From Candidatus Iainarchaeum sp. (lineage in GTDB: Archaea; Iainarchaeota; Iainarchaeia; Iainarchaeales; GCA-2688035): a stretch of DNA of 64,000 bases. The first letter of the stretch is position 1. Each line of letters starts with the position of its first letter. The notes under the pieces are model-generated. The model was not told the origin of the DNA. It searched no databases and saw nothing but the letters and a program-made list of their open reading frames with translations. The stretch is taken from contig JAFCCL010000009.1 of the NCBI GenBank assembly GCA_017610205.1, positions 1-64,000 on the forward strand, read 5' to 3'. Positions 19,222-29,359 of this stretch are shown piece by piece. A program made the translations under genes and the position numbers.

Positions 19222-22200
19222 ATGGGTTTGAAAGAATTTTACTTAAAAGCAGAGGACAAGTGGTATGATGTTCTCGACAGGATAGATGCACACATACCTG
19301 TTTACAAAATTGTTGACAAAATAGATACAGCAGTACCAAGCTTTGCACTTTTTGTCGGAGTTGTTGTATTGCTTGCAGTTGCATTTGTTGTGCTTAATCT
19401 GAATTTTGCAGGAGGAGTAAGCCTTACTGTAACAATAGAGGATGCTGGCGGAAATTTGCTTGAAGGGGTTTCATTTGATTACACTGTTGGCAACAGCATT
19501 AATTCCGCAGTTACCAATAAGGATGGAAAGGCAGTTATTTTTGTTCCTGCAAATTCAACAGTTGAAATAATGGTTCCTGTGGCAAATGTTGACGGAGTTG
19601 TGTTTGAAGAGGCAAAGAAAACTATTTTTGTTGAAGATTTTGAAATATCTGAAAGTATTGTGTTAATGGAGGAAAGCCCTGCTTTTGTTGAAAGGACAAT
19701 TCTTTTCCAAAATGGTGCAGGTGAAAGGATTACCGGAAGGGCAATAAGGGTAAGGCTTAGCTGTGAAAACCCTTTGGTTTCCCCAAGCCCTCTTGAGGTA
19801 TCAGACCTTGACTTTGATGGAAGCATTACTGTAAAGGAGCCAAGGGATTGTGGAATATTCCAGGCAACTGTTTTGGAGCCTGAAGAATTCAGTCAAAAAA
19901 GATATATTTTAAATCAGGGAACGCAAACTCTGAGGCTTGAGGCATTGCCTGTTGCAAAAGGAACAGCCAGAATAAAAATAAAGGACTCTGGCGGAAATCT
20001 TGTGCTTTCAAACAATTTTAATGTAAAGCTTTTGGATTCAGATGGGCTTAAGGCAGCTGAAAAATATTCACAAAATTATGGAGAAGTTATTTTTTCAAAT
20101 ATTACGGCAGGAATTTATAGCGTTGTTGTAGAGGATGTTTCAGGAGATTATGGAATTGCAAACCAGTCAGGAATTAGTGTAAGCGTTGATGAAATCACAT
20201 CTGTTAATGTTACTGTAGGCAAAAGCATAAAGGTTACTCTTAATGTTTCGGTTGTTGAAAAGGAAACAGGAAATGAAATTACAGGCGTGACTTTGAAAGT
20301 AATTGATTTGGATGGCAAAACAATTGCGGAAAAAAGCACTGGTGAAGAAAACACCACTGTATTCAGGCTTACTGAAGACACAGGCCATCAGTTGTTTGCA
20401 GTGCACAATGATTACCTTTATGAAATTGTTAATTTGCCAAGTGCAGGAACATTGGATATTGAAGTTGAAATGGAAAAGATTACGGCTTCAAACAGCGGAA
20501 GGGTGGAAGTTAAAGTTGTTGACGAGGACAATTTTCCTGTAAAAAATGCAAGGGTTAAGCTTCGTTTTTTGGATACTGGAATGCTTGTTCCAATTGAGCC
20601 TGAAATGACTGACAGCAATGGTTTTGCAGGTTTTGCAGGAGTAAAGTCAGGGAGTTATTATGCTTATGTTGAAAAATATCCTGCTTCAGGCGACAACCAA
20701 AGTCAGGGAATGGAAATTGACATAAGGACTGTTACAAAATTCACAGTGGTAATGATTATTGGTGACAGTGTTGTACAGGTAAATGCATTTGATGAAGACT
20801 TATTGCCTGTTGCAGAGGCCGAAGCCGAATTTTTTGCCCTTTCAGGAGAAAGTTTGGGAAAGATTCCTTTAACTGACGGCACAGGGCAGTTTGACCTTAA
20901 GGCAGACAAAATGGTTTTTGTGGTTGTAACCCATTCCGATTTTATGGCTATTCAGGCAATGCCAAAACAGCTTTGGCCAAATGAAATTATACATTTTGAT
21001 GCTTTAATGGAACCAAAGCTTATTCTTGGAGAGCCAGAGCTTGAATTTGCCGGAATTTTTGACGAAACAGGAATTCAGGTTCAGGAAATGAATGCAGGAA
21101 AACGGTATATTGCAAAATTCAAGCTAAGCATTCCGGAAAGCGGGGATTATGGCAATGGAGGCATTCATTTTAGGGTAGGTGACGAGCGATTTTTGATAAA
21201 TGACCCCCTTGTAATAAAGGAAGCTGTTGCAGGCGGTATTGAAGAGCAGTTAAAGGGAACATCCTATAGCCCCCCAGCAGGCTATGATGAAGACCTGCAA
21301 AATGTTACTGTAGGGGATGCAAAATGGGCTAATATATTCTGGAACCAGCTTGAGCCAATGAATTATTATGTTGGCTTTGAAGTAAGGGTAAAAAGCCAGA
21401 TTACGCCTTATACAAGGCTTCCAATGCATTACAGGGCATGGGCTGTTAATGGAAGCAGGCAGTATATTAGAACCCCTGAGGATTCAGAGCTTGGGTTTTC
21501 TGAAAGCGTGTCAGGAAAGCAAAGCCTTTATGCAAAGACAAGGGATATTGCATTTTTGGAGGGACAGGCAGCAGAATGCCAGGAAGACTTTTGCTACAGT
21601 GGGGAAAGCATTCTTGATGAGGACCTTGGATTGTATATTTATAAACCATATGAGATGAGGGCAGGCAGTCCGCACAATTACACTTTCAGCATACTAAACA
21701 ACAGCGAACGCCAATACAGCAATAGCGAATTATACATAACTGTTGATGGGATTACTATTGATTCTTACGCAATACAAAATGCTTCAGCGCAGGAAATAAG
21801 CAATGTTGGAATTTCAACCAAAGAAATTGAGGCAATTAATTTAGGCACTTTTACAAAGGGCAAAAGTGTTTCAGGAAATGTTCATTTTACGCCAAACACA
21901 ATCGGGCTTGGAGAAATTGAGGTAAAGGTTATTGCCGACGGACGGGTTGTATTTCAAAAAAGCATTTTTGCCTCAATCCTTTCGGAAAACGAGATGGTTA
22001 TTGCAGCAAGCCCTGCGCATATTCCGTCATATGTTGCAACAGCGCTTGAAATTTCAATTTATGACCCGGTATATGAGTATGATATTGACGAGGCATTTGT
22101 AAGGGTTAATGTGAAAAATCCTGACAAGACAGAATTGTTTTACACTGCAACAACAAACGGTTTTGGAAAAGCAATAATTGATTTGCCTGCACTTGACCCA

Positions 22201-25200
22201 AGAACTGTTATAATTATTGAGGCTGAAAAGCCGGATTATTTTGCAAACCCTTTGGAGCTTGTTGTGGACTCAAATATACTTCGCTTTGAGCCCCCAAAAG
22301 TAGAGACCTTAATGGAAACAAGGGGGGCACGGGAACAGCTTTTTAATGAAAGGATTGAAAACACAACCGGCCTTGAAGTTGAAATCAAAAATGTTTCGCT
22401 TACAGGAAGGTTTAATGGGTTGCTTGACAGGCAAACAATGGAAAATTACTCAAAGCAGTTTATTGGAACAAAAATAAAAGCAAACGATTATGAAACATTT
22501 CAATTCTTTAAAACAAGGCTTTCAGAAAACATTGAATCAATTGCCCTTGGAAATGAAACATTATACGGCGAATATATTGTTACCTCGTACAATGAAGAAA
22601 CAGGAATTGAGTGGGATACAATTATTCCGTTGGAAGTTGCAATAAAAATAAGCAACTTGCCAGACAATGCACCCTGCATTGTAATCACAAGGCAGGAATG
22701 GTTAGGTTCAACACAGGAAAACAGGTCAACAATTGAATTCCAGGTTCAAAACAACTGCATTACTGGCGGGAGAGCGTCAGAACTTGACAGCCTTCAGGCA
22801 AAACTTTCATGGAATTCTGACATAATGGGCCAGGTTGAATTAAGCTTAACAGACCCTGAAAGCGGGCAAACCAATACCGAAACATTGAAGCCTGAAATGC
22901 GGACAAAAATCATTTCAGGGATAAGACCTGAAAGCACATTTTACGGAATGCTTACATTTACTCCAATGTCAGGATTTTTGGGAAAGGACGCAGTATTCTC
23001 AGTTGGCATTGACGGAGCAATCAAAACAAGTGCAGGGAAATCATTTGTAGGCTCAACACCAAACGAGATTTCATCAAGCATTAGAATAATTAACTTAAAT
23101 CAGTGCATACAATACCCTGGAGCAGAAGACATAATTGAAATGTCTGGAGACACAGCAAACTTTACTGTTGACACAAGCCAGTGCGGAGAGATTTCAATTG
23201 ACATAGAATTGTGCCAAAACGACACTGAATGCAGGAGCGGAACATCAGAGGGAGGCATTACAGTAACACCAACACAGTTTACTCTTAATGCAACTAATCC
23301 GGCAAAGGAAGTGCTTGTTGCAAGGCAAAGTATGGCAGGAATGTATGGAATTCATGTTTCGGCAAAAACACCTGGAAAAAGCTATAGAAAAGTTGCTTTA
23401 ATAGATGTACTTGTAAAGCCAGAGGGAGATGAGACATTTACTTTGGACAAATATGCATTTACTTTGGTGGGCACAGGAAGCCAGGACAACGCAACCCTTA
23501 CAAACAAGGATTTGGCAGAAACAATCAGTGTTGATGCAAGTGCATGTGACTGGGGAACAGCAGAAGAGAAAGGAATGTTTGATTTGGCAGGAGCAGGAAT
23601 GGGCGCGGCAGTAGGAGCAATAGTGGGAATGCAAAATGCAGCAAAGGCAACAAGTGCAGCAAGCCAGGCAATAAGTCTTGCAAGAACCGGGAATTTGACA
23701 GGCGCGGAAAGTGCGGTTAGCCACGCAAACCAGTTAACAAACGCTGCAAGCACAGCTGGAGACGCAGCACAACTTGCATCACAAACAGCCAGACAGGAAG
23801 CAATAACCACTGCAGCTGCTGCTACAAAAGCAGCTTTAACTGCAACAAATGCAATACTTCCACCTTGCGGAACAGCTGTTAAGGCAACTGTTATAGCTGC
23901 CAACAGCAAAATGGCAAGCGTTGAAACAACAGCCAATGGAACTTTTTGGGCAAAGGTTGGAAGAGCACTAAGCACTGTTGGACGAGGGGTTTCAAACATT
24001 GGCAGCGCTGTTGCAAGTGTTGGAAAGGCAAAAAATACAGCCACGCCAAGCAGTACAGGAATGGTAAGCGAGGGACCTTACAACTCGCAGGCAGACCTTG
24101 ACAACGCTATTAGTAGTACAGAATCGGCGTCTGCAGACTTGACTGAAACAGGAACAGAGTGGGGTACAAGCCTTACAGAGTCACAGGCAATGGCTGCCGA
24201 GCTTAAAGTTATTGTAGGAGAACTTGGAACAGCACAGGCTGAAATGGCTGAAGCACATACATGCTGTGGTTTTTGCAGCCCTGGACCGTGTTGCATTGCA
24301 CAAAGCACTGCAGCAGATATAGCTATAGAGGATGCTATAATTACTGTGGACAATGCAGTTGTAGCTGTAGAAGCTGCATCGGCAGAAATAACAGGCGCAC
24401 AAACTGCAGCAAATAATGCAGCTTCAGGTTTGACAACTGCAAACCAGTCTCTTGTACAGGCAAAAAGCTCAATGGGCAGTCTTGGAAATACCATGGCTAC
24501 AGCAGGAAAGGCAGCAGGGTCAGGAGGCACTAATTGGGGAACTCTTGGAACTTATGCTGCTTTGGGAGCTGTTGCAGGCGGTTTGTTGGGAGGAGTTATG
24601 GGAGAGGATCCATGCGCTCAAAGAGTTACCGGAAGCCTGATGGATTATATGATTAATTTGAAGGATGATGCACAGCCAATTTCTGTTGACAATGAACTTA
24701 TTTCAGGATGGTGGAATACTGATGACGCAAAGGTCTTTGGCAATTACAGCAGCCAGGAAGTAGGGCTTTACTTTGAGAACATGGGTTTGGAGGAAAGCAA
24801 TGCCATTTACGGTGTTGTAAGCCTTCCTGCTGAAAGGCATTATCATGCAAATCCTACAATGGCTTCAGGGTCAGGATTTGGGCCGTTTAATGTTCCAGAC
24901 CAAAGCCAGGAAAGTTATGCTCAAAAATTCCATTTGAAGTTTGTTACATCGCCGTCAACATCAAAAATTGAGCTTTTGCCACAGGAAACATACAGTTGTT
25001 TGCAGGGAAGCCTGTTTGGACAAACAGGAGCAGGAGCATTGCCTGATGTAAAACTCAACTGGAGTTGGGGTGAAACAACAGGAATTGCAATGGATGACTG
25101 TGATTACTATAATGAAAATGGAATTTACTGTGATGCAACCCAGTTTAGCATTGCATTGACAAAGAAAATGCAGAGTTTAAGGGAATTCCTTGAAGCAAAT

Positions 25201-26703
25201 CAGCAGATTTCATGCCCTGTAAATCCATCACTAACAGACATTGAAGAAATTACAGAAGAATTCCATGCAGAACTTGAAGAACTTGGAATGGACCCATTGC
25301 AGTTGTATTATCCAGGCTGCTGGATGCCTTTGTCTACAACGCTTTGGGATGGACAGCCGGTATTGCTTTACTTTGTGGAGGAGGCGGCTGAAAACAATAA
25401 TGTGAACTGGACAAGCAATGTACAGGATTTGGGAGATTTGAAGAATTTAATAAGCTTTAAAGCAAGGCTGATAAAAGACGGTTATAGTGAAGACTTCCAG
25501 AATGACTTTGCAGAATTTTACACAACACAATCATTTTACGATTCTCCAAATTACTTTGGAGAAGATGGTGCAGGAAAGTGGTCTGATTACTTTGAAGATA
25601 CTGAAAATTTAAGGTTTAAGCAGAAGTTTGTTGAAAATACTTCTTTGCCTGATGCAGGAGTTTACAATGTTCTTGTAAATGCAGGCTTTAACTCAGAAAA
25701 CTGGGAGTTCTTTGATGCAGACGGAAACCCTGATGCAGTGGTTGTTGTTGAATTCCTGTTTCTTGGTGAGCCATACCCTAACAGTGTGTTTTATTACCTT
25801 CCGTTTAATGGAAATGTTGGTGTTGATTCAGGAAATGGAAGAAATGGCTATGGTGTAGATTATGTAAACAGTGCAGAGCCAATTGCAATTGCAAGCAGTC
25901 CTGAAATGGTTTCAACAAGGGAAATTTACGGAAGCAATCCTGTTGCAGAAGCCAATATTGAGGTTGTTTCGGATTTTAAGACAATTAATTCCATTGCTTC
26001 AAAGCGTGGGTTTTTGCTTGAATTAGAGGGCTCTGATTTGGCTACTGTAAAAAACATTTCGTTCTATCCAAATTATGCCACTCCTGTAATTATGAAGATT
26101 CCGCATGAAAAAACAAATGAAAGCTTTAGTGCATTTTATGAAATAAAGGAAAGCCAGACACCTGTTGAGGCAGGTACAAGCCTTAGCTTTTGGACAGGAG
26201 CAGGGCAATGCCTTGATTTTTCAGGCCAGCCTGTTTATGAGGCATTTAGATTTAAGCCAGACAGGTCAGCAACACAAAATGACCCTCTTTCAGATTGGCT
26301 GTTTGCATATGCAACAGACTGGGACAGTGCAATTTTTGAAGGAGATGTTTACCTCAAAGCAGTGTTTTATTCACCTATTACAGGAAACTTTAACCTTAAG
26401 TCATTGCAGCCGTCTGGACTGCAGTTTATTTCACCTGATTCGCTTGAATCCAATTCCGTTGATTTGCACGGAATTGCAGGAATGCAGCATAACAGTGGTA
26501 GTGCACAGGATATTGTAAGCGAAGTTCAGGAAATTTTTGACTTGGTTGAAGGCCAGAATGTTTGCGTTACAGACACTGGTTCAAAAACCTCGTTTTGGTG
26601 GAATCCAAAGGCTTTGAATGATGCTGTTGGAAGCAAAACAAGCATTTCAAACTTTGAGTCAAATCTTGTTGAAGGAAGCACCTGTATAGGGTATGGAAGC
26701 TAA
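19222..26703 (+). CDS. Giant membrane-anchored surface protein 3 (same scaffold; ~355 aa Ala-rich helical insert flanked by glycine zippers)
   Basis: Same N- and C-terminal motifs; insert GAGMGAAVGAIVG...GAVAGGLLGGVMG. Confidence 0.85.
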   Translation: MGLKEFYLKAEDKWYDVLDRIDAHIPVYKIVDKIDTAVPSFALFVGVVVLLAVAFVVLNLNFAGGVSLTVTIEDAGGNLLEGVSFDYTVGNSINSAVTNKDGKAVIFVPANSTVEIMVPVANVDGVVFEEAKKTIFVEDFEISESIVLMEESPAFVERTILFQNGAGERITGRAIRVRLSCENPLVSPSPLEVSDLDFDGSITVKEPRDCGIFQATVLEPEEFSQKRYILNQGTQTLRLEALPVAKGTARIKIKDSGGNLVLSNNFNVKLLDSDGLKAAEKYSQNYGEVIFSNITAGIYSVVVEDVSGDYGIANQSGISVSVDEITSVNVTVGKSIKVTLNVSVVEKETGNEITGVTLKVIDLDGKTIAEKSTGEENTTVFRLTEDTGHQLFAVHNDYLYEIVNLPSAGTLDIEVEMEKITASNSGRVEVKVVDEDNFPVKNARVKLRFLDTGMLVPIEPEMTDSNGFAGFAGVKSGSYYAYVEKYPASGDNQSQGMEIDIRTVTKFTVVMIIGDSVVQVNAFDEDLLPVAEAEAEFFALSGESLGKIPLTDGTGQFDLKADKMVFVVVTHSDFMAIQAMPKQLWPNEIIHFDALMEPKLILGEPELEFAGIFDETGIQVQEMNAGKRYIAKFKLSIPESGDYGNGGIHFRVGDERFLINDPLVIKEAVAGGIEEQLKGTSYSPPAGYDEDLQNVTVGDAKWANIFWNQLEPMNYYVGFEVRVKSQITPYTRLPMHYRAWAVNGSRQYIRTPEDSELGFSESVSGKQSLYAKTRDIAFLEGQAAECQEDFCYSGESILDEDLGLYIYKPYEMRAGSPHNYTFSILNNSERQYSNSELYITVDGITIDSYAIQNASAQEISNVGISTKEIEAINLGTFTKGKSVSGNVHFTPNTIGLGEIEVKVIADGRVVFQKSIFASILSENEMVIAASPAHIPSYVATALEISIYDPVYEYDIDEAFVRVNVKNPDKTELFYTATTNGFGKAIIDLPALDPRTVIIIEAEKPDYFANPLELVVDSNILRFEPPKVETLMETRGAREQLFNERIENTTGLEVEIKNVSLTGRFNGLLDRQTMENYSKQFIGTKIKANDYETFQFFKTRLSENIESIALGNETLYGEYIVTSYNEETGIEWDTIIPLEVAIKISNLPDNAPCIVITRQEWLGSTQENRSTIEFQVQNNCITGGRASELDSLQAKLSWNSDIMGQVELSLTDPESGQTNTETLKPEMRTKIISGIRPESTFYGMLTFTPMSGFLGKDAVFSVGIDGAIKTSAGKSFVGSTPNEISSSIRIINLNQCIQYPGAEDIIEMSGDTANFTVDTSQCGEISIDIELCQNDTECRSGTSEGGITVTPTQFTLNATNPAKEVLVARQSMAGMYGIHVSAKTPGKSYRKVALIDVLVKPEGDETFTLDKYAFTLVGTGSQDNATLTNKDLAETISVDASACDWGTAEEKGMFDLAGAGMGAAVGAIVGMQNAAKATSAASQAISLARTGNLTGAESAVSHANQLTNAASTAGDAAQLASQTARQEAITTAAAATKAALTATNAILPPCGTAVKATVIAANSKMASVETTANGTFWAKVGRALSTVGRGVSNIGSAVASVGKAKNTATPSSTGMVSEGPYNSQADLDNAISSTESASADLTETGTEWGTSLTESQAMAAELKVIVGELGTAQAEMAEAHTCCGFCSPGPCCIAQSTAADIAIEDAIITVDNAVVAVEAASAEITGAQTAANNAASGLTTANQSLVQAKSSMGSLGNTMATAGKAAGSGGTNWGTLGTYAALGAVAGGLLGGVMGEDPCAQRVTGSLMDYMINLKDDAQPISVDNELISGWWNTDDAKVFGNYSSQEVGLYFENMGLEESNAIYGVVSLPAERHYHANPTMASGSGFGPFNVPDQSQESYAQKFHLKFVTSPSTSKIELLPQETYSCLQGSLFGQTGAGALPDVKLNWSWGETTGIAMDDCDYYNENGIYCDATQFSIALTKKMQSLREFLEANQQISCPVNPSLTDIEEITEEFHAELEELGMDPLQLYYPGCWMPLSTTLWDGQPVLLYFVEEAAENNNVNWTSNVQDLGDLKNLISFKARLIKDGYSEDFQNDFAEFYTTQSFYDSPNYFGEDGAGKWSDYFEDTENLRFKQKFVENTSLPDAGVYNVLVNAGFNSENWEFFDADGNPDAVVVVEFLFLGEPYPNSVFYYLPFNGNVGVDSGNGRNGYGVDYVNSAEPIAIASSPEMVSTREIYGSNPVAEANIEVVSDFKTINSIASKRGFLLELEGSDLATVKNISFYPNYATPVIMKIPHEKTNESFSAFYEIKESQTPVEAGTSLSFWTGAGQCLDFSGQPVYEAFRFKPDRSATQNDPLSDWLFAYATDWDSAIFEGDVYLKAVFYSPITGNFNLKSLQPSGLQFISPDSLESNSVDLHGIAGMQHNSGSAQDIVSEVQEIFDLVEGQNVCVTDTGSKTSFWWNPKALNDAVGSKTSISNFESNLVEGSTCIGYGS

Positions 26704-26751
26704 GGGCAAATAATTTAAAGCAGAAAGTTCCTACTATACCTTTAGTGTCTT

Positions 26752-27168
26752 ATGGTCTTTGAAATAATGCCACTAATGTTTGCTTTGCTTTCAATAGGCG
26801 AATTTTTTTCAGACATGGTTTTTGTGCTTAAAATATTTGTGCTGTTAACCATTATTTCGTGGGTTATAATGCATTTGGGAAAAGGGCCTTTGGCAATTGT
26901 TTTAATTGTTGGAATTTCGTGGTTTGTGTTGTTTGATGCCTTTTGGTTTTTTGGAGGAACATATGTTTTGATGATGCTTTTGACTCTTGGTATTGCAGGC
27001 ATTTTCATAGATTTGTTCTTTGTATTCCCAGGGTTTGCTGCAGGAGCAGGAGGTTCAGGCGGTCTTCCTGCTGAGGCAAAGATGAGCAGCCAGGGTGGGG
27101 TAAACCAGAGAATGCAGGCTTTCAAAGCAAAACCAGGCAGAGCCAGAAAGCTTCCTCCGCCAATGTAG
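26752..27168 (+). CDS. Small multi-pass membrane protein
   Basis: Several hydrophobic helices, HLGKGPLAIVLIVGISWF segment, Gly/Pro-rich basic tail. Confidence 0.75.
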   Translation: MVFEIMPLMFALLSIGEFFSDMVFVLKIFVLLTIISWVIMHLGKGPLAIVLIVGISWFVLFDAFWFFGGTYVLMMLLTLGIAGIFIDLFFVFPGFAAGAGGSGGLPAEAKMSSQGGVNQRMQAFKAKPGRARKLPPPM

Positions 27169-27186
27169 AAAAAAAAATGTACAATA

Positions 27187-27558
27187 ATGGGATTGTGTGT
27201 AAAGATGTTTGGAAACAGGTTTTTGGAATTAAATCAGCAGGGAATGCTGCAGATTTTTATTTTGATTGTAATAGCTCTGGTGGTTGTTGTTACAATTCCT
27301 GTTCTGGTAATGAAAGTTTTTCCTGCAGCAGATTGGATTATGCGAATTATTCTTATTTTCTTAATTTTTACAACAGTAAGAGGCTACTTGGGGTCGGGAA
27401 TTCCAACAATTCTTGTAACAGGTGTTTTGATATATTTTCTGGTAATTAAGTGGGCATACTTTACTGCCGCCGTATATATTGCGGTTTATTTCCTGCTTGC
27501 ATTGCAGGTGTTCAGCATAATTATTTTTGGAATTGGAATGGGAATGAGAAAAGGGTAA
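27187..27558 (+). CDS. Small multi-pass membrane protein
   Basis: About four hydrophobic helices; YLGSGIPTILVTGVLIYF resembles segments in its neighbours; start uncertain (27187/27205/27244). Confidence 0.75.
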   Translation: MGLCVKMFGNRFLELNQQGMLQIFILIVIALVVVVTIPVLVMKVFPAADWIMRIILIFLIFTTVRGYLGSGIPTILVTGVLIYFLVIKWAYFTAAVYIAVYFLLALQVFSIIIFGIGMGMRKG

Positions 27559-27666
27559 AGCAATGGAATTAAAATGGAAAAAGTGCAACGCGCCCATTTT
27601 ACTCCACTACAAATGCAAAAAGGTAGGTTTAATAAGCAAGAAATGGCATAATTTTTATATAGGCGT

Positions 27667-27915
27667 TTGAAAATGGCAATGGATCCCTTAATTCAAAATA
27701 TTGAAATAGTGCTTTCACTGTTCTACCTTGTGTGGATTTATGGATGGGCAAAAAAGAATCTTGGAAGCCCAAAGCTTGCAATCCTTTTTGCAGTAATTGT
27801 AGTATACCTTACATTCTTCCAGTTCCCGCAGCTTATCTGGATTCCTGTGCTGATATTCATTTTTGCAGTGTTTGGAAAAGGGTTTTTTGAAAAATTTAAC
27901 ATTTACAAAAAATAA
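27667..27915 (+). CDS. Small membrane protein
   Basis: NLGSPKLAILFAVIVVYLTF motif similar to the two preceding ORFs. Confidence 0.75.
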   Translation: MKMAMDPLIQNIEIVLSLFYLVWIYGWAKKNLGSPKLAILFAVIVVYLTFFQFPQLIWIPVLIFIFAVFGKGFFEKFNIYKK

Positions 27916-28062
27916 AACTAAAAAAATAAAAAAAAATGCAATTGAAAAAAAAATTCATTCATACAAAAAAATGCAATTTACAAAAATTGCCAATTGAAAA
28001 AAAAATGCAATTGAGAGAATTGACAATTGCAGCAATAAAAAAATAAAACAGAAGGGGAAAAA

Positions 28063-28371
28063 ATGGATACTTTTACTTTCATGATTGCCATCATTTTCAT
28101 GATGATGGCTGTTCAATTCAACCAGTATTGGCTGATTTTTGCAATTGTTGCCCTGATGGTTCTTTCAATGAGGGATTTGACTACAACAATACTTTTGATT
28201 ATTGCAACAGTCGTTCTTCTTTTTGGCAGAGAATATTTGACAGATTACTGGCCGTTTGTACTGTTTGGATTAATAATCTTAAGCCTTATAATTGGAGGAA
28301 AACAAAAGGCTGAACAGCCACCGGACATGTTTGGCGGAGACATGGGCGGAATAGGCTTTGGAGGATTTTAA
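28063..28371 (+). CDS. Small multi-pass membrane protein with Gly-rich tail
   Basis: Hydrophobic throughout; GGGG RBS-like motif upstream. Confidence 0.75.
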   Translation: MDTFTFMIAIIFMMMAVQFNQYWLIFAIVALMVLSMRDLTTTILLIIATVVLLFGREYLTDYWPFVLFGLIILSLIIGGKQKAEQPPDMFGGDMGGIGFGGF

Positions 28372-28373
28372 AA

Positions 28374-28736
28374 TTGCTTGCAATAATTCTTGCCCTAATA
28401 GCAGCAGGGCTTTTCTTTATCCTTATTAATCAGGGCTTTTTGGCAATATTGTGCATTATTGCAGCAGTAATTATGGGAATTGCCAACTTCTTTAAAGGAA
28501 CGAAAAGTGCTGTAAAAAAAGTCGGAAAAGGCGGAACAAGAGGAATGTGGAAAGATTTTCAGGAAGCTGAAACAGGACACCCTGATAAAGCAATTTTGGA
28601 CGACGCTGTTTCAGGCACAGGGCAAATTACTGGACAGGAAATGGGGTCGCCTGACAGCCACAAGTTTAAAACAACTGGTTCAATTGAAGGCGCTGCCGTC
28701 AAAATAATTGAAACATTCAAAAAAGCATTTAAGTAA
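28374..28736 (+). CDS. Small membrane protein (two TM helices plus soluble tail)
   Basis: Two N-terminal hydrophobic helices; 2 nt downstream of the previous stop. Confidence 0.7.
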   Translation: MLAIILALIAAGLFFILINQGFLAILCIIAAVIMGIANFFKGTKSAVKKVGKGGTRGMWKDFQEAETGHPDKAILDDAVSGTGQITGQEMGSPDSHKFKTTGSIEGAAVKIIETFKKAFK

Positions 28737-28784
28737 GGAAAGTTTAAGCGAATAGAAACATAGTGTTCACAAAACTTTTTAGAA

Positions 28785-29273
28785 TTAGAGTTTTCCCAAA
28801 ACCTTTCTGTCGGTTTCAAGAATTTTTTCCATTATTGATTTTGTTGCACCAAGCCCTGCTTTCAATTCCCTTAGGTCTTTTTCCATTGCTGCAAGCCGTT
28901 GGTTGATTGCAATAAGGTCTGTTGAAGGTGTTCCGTTGCCCTTTTTTTGAAGGTTTTTTTCAAGACCTGAAATTTTTGCAAGCAATTCATCTGTTTTGGC
29001 AGACTGGTCTTCCAATGCAACATGGGTTGTGGTGTGCATTGCAACATGTTCTGGCTTTTCTTCCGCAGCTATTTTTCTTGCCTCCAAAGGCTTTGGTTCA
29101 GACGGCAAAGTTTGAACTTGCTCGCCTTTTGCTTCAGCAATATACTGAACTATTTCCTTGTCATTTAAGCCAATGTCTTTTAGGGTTTGCGCTACTACGT
29201 CATCATCAATGCCGCTTTGATACATTTTTTTAACAGTATCAAGCACAATTTCCTTGTCAACCACAAAAATCAC
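28785..29273 (-). CDS. Hypothetical protein with C-terminal coiled coil
   Basis: Heptad-like INQRLAAMEKDLRELKAGL; small helical N-terminal domain. Confidence 0.7.
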   Translation of the reverse strand: MIFVVDKEIVLDTVKKMYQSGIDDDVVAQTLKDIGLNDKEIVQYIAEAKGEQVQTLPSEPKPLEARKIAAEEKPEHVAMHTTTHVALEDQSAKTDELLAKISGLEKNLQKKGNGTPSTDLIAINQRLAAMEKDLRELKAGLGATKSIMEKILETDRKVLGKL

Positions 29274-29359
29274 ACAAAGGGGTATTCTTTTATTTCACTT
29301 ATACTATAGTTATACTGCTTTAAATAACTTAGTTTCAAATAAAAGCATTGGTAATTCTT

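Noticed and set aside
4015-26518. Numerous antisense and alternate-frame ORFs within the giant genes (e.g. 15294-16043, 23382-24044)
   Set aside because: Shadow ORFs expected from codon bias; no motifs or independent signals
27205-27300. Class III signal peptide in the 27187 ORF (NQQG/MLQIF)
   Set aside because: No basic residue before the Gly, and the protein is polytopic; too weak to call
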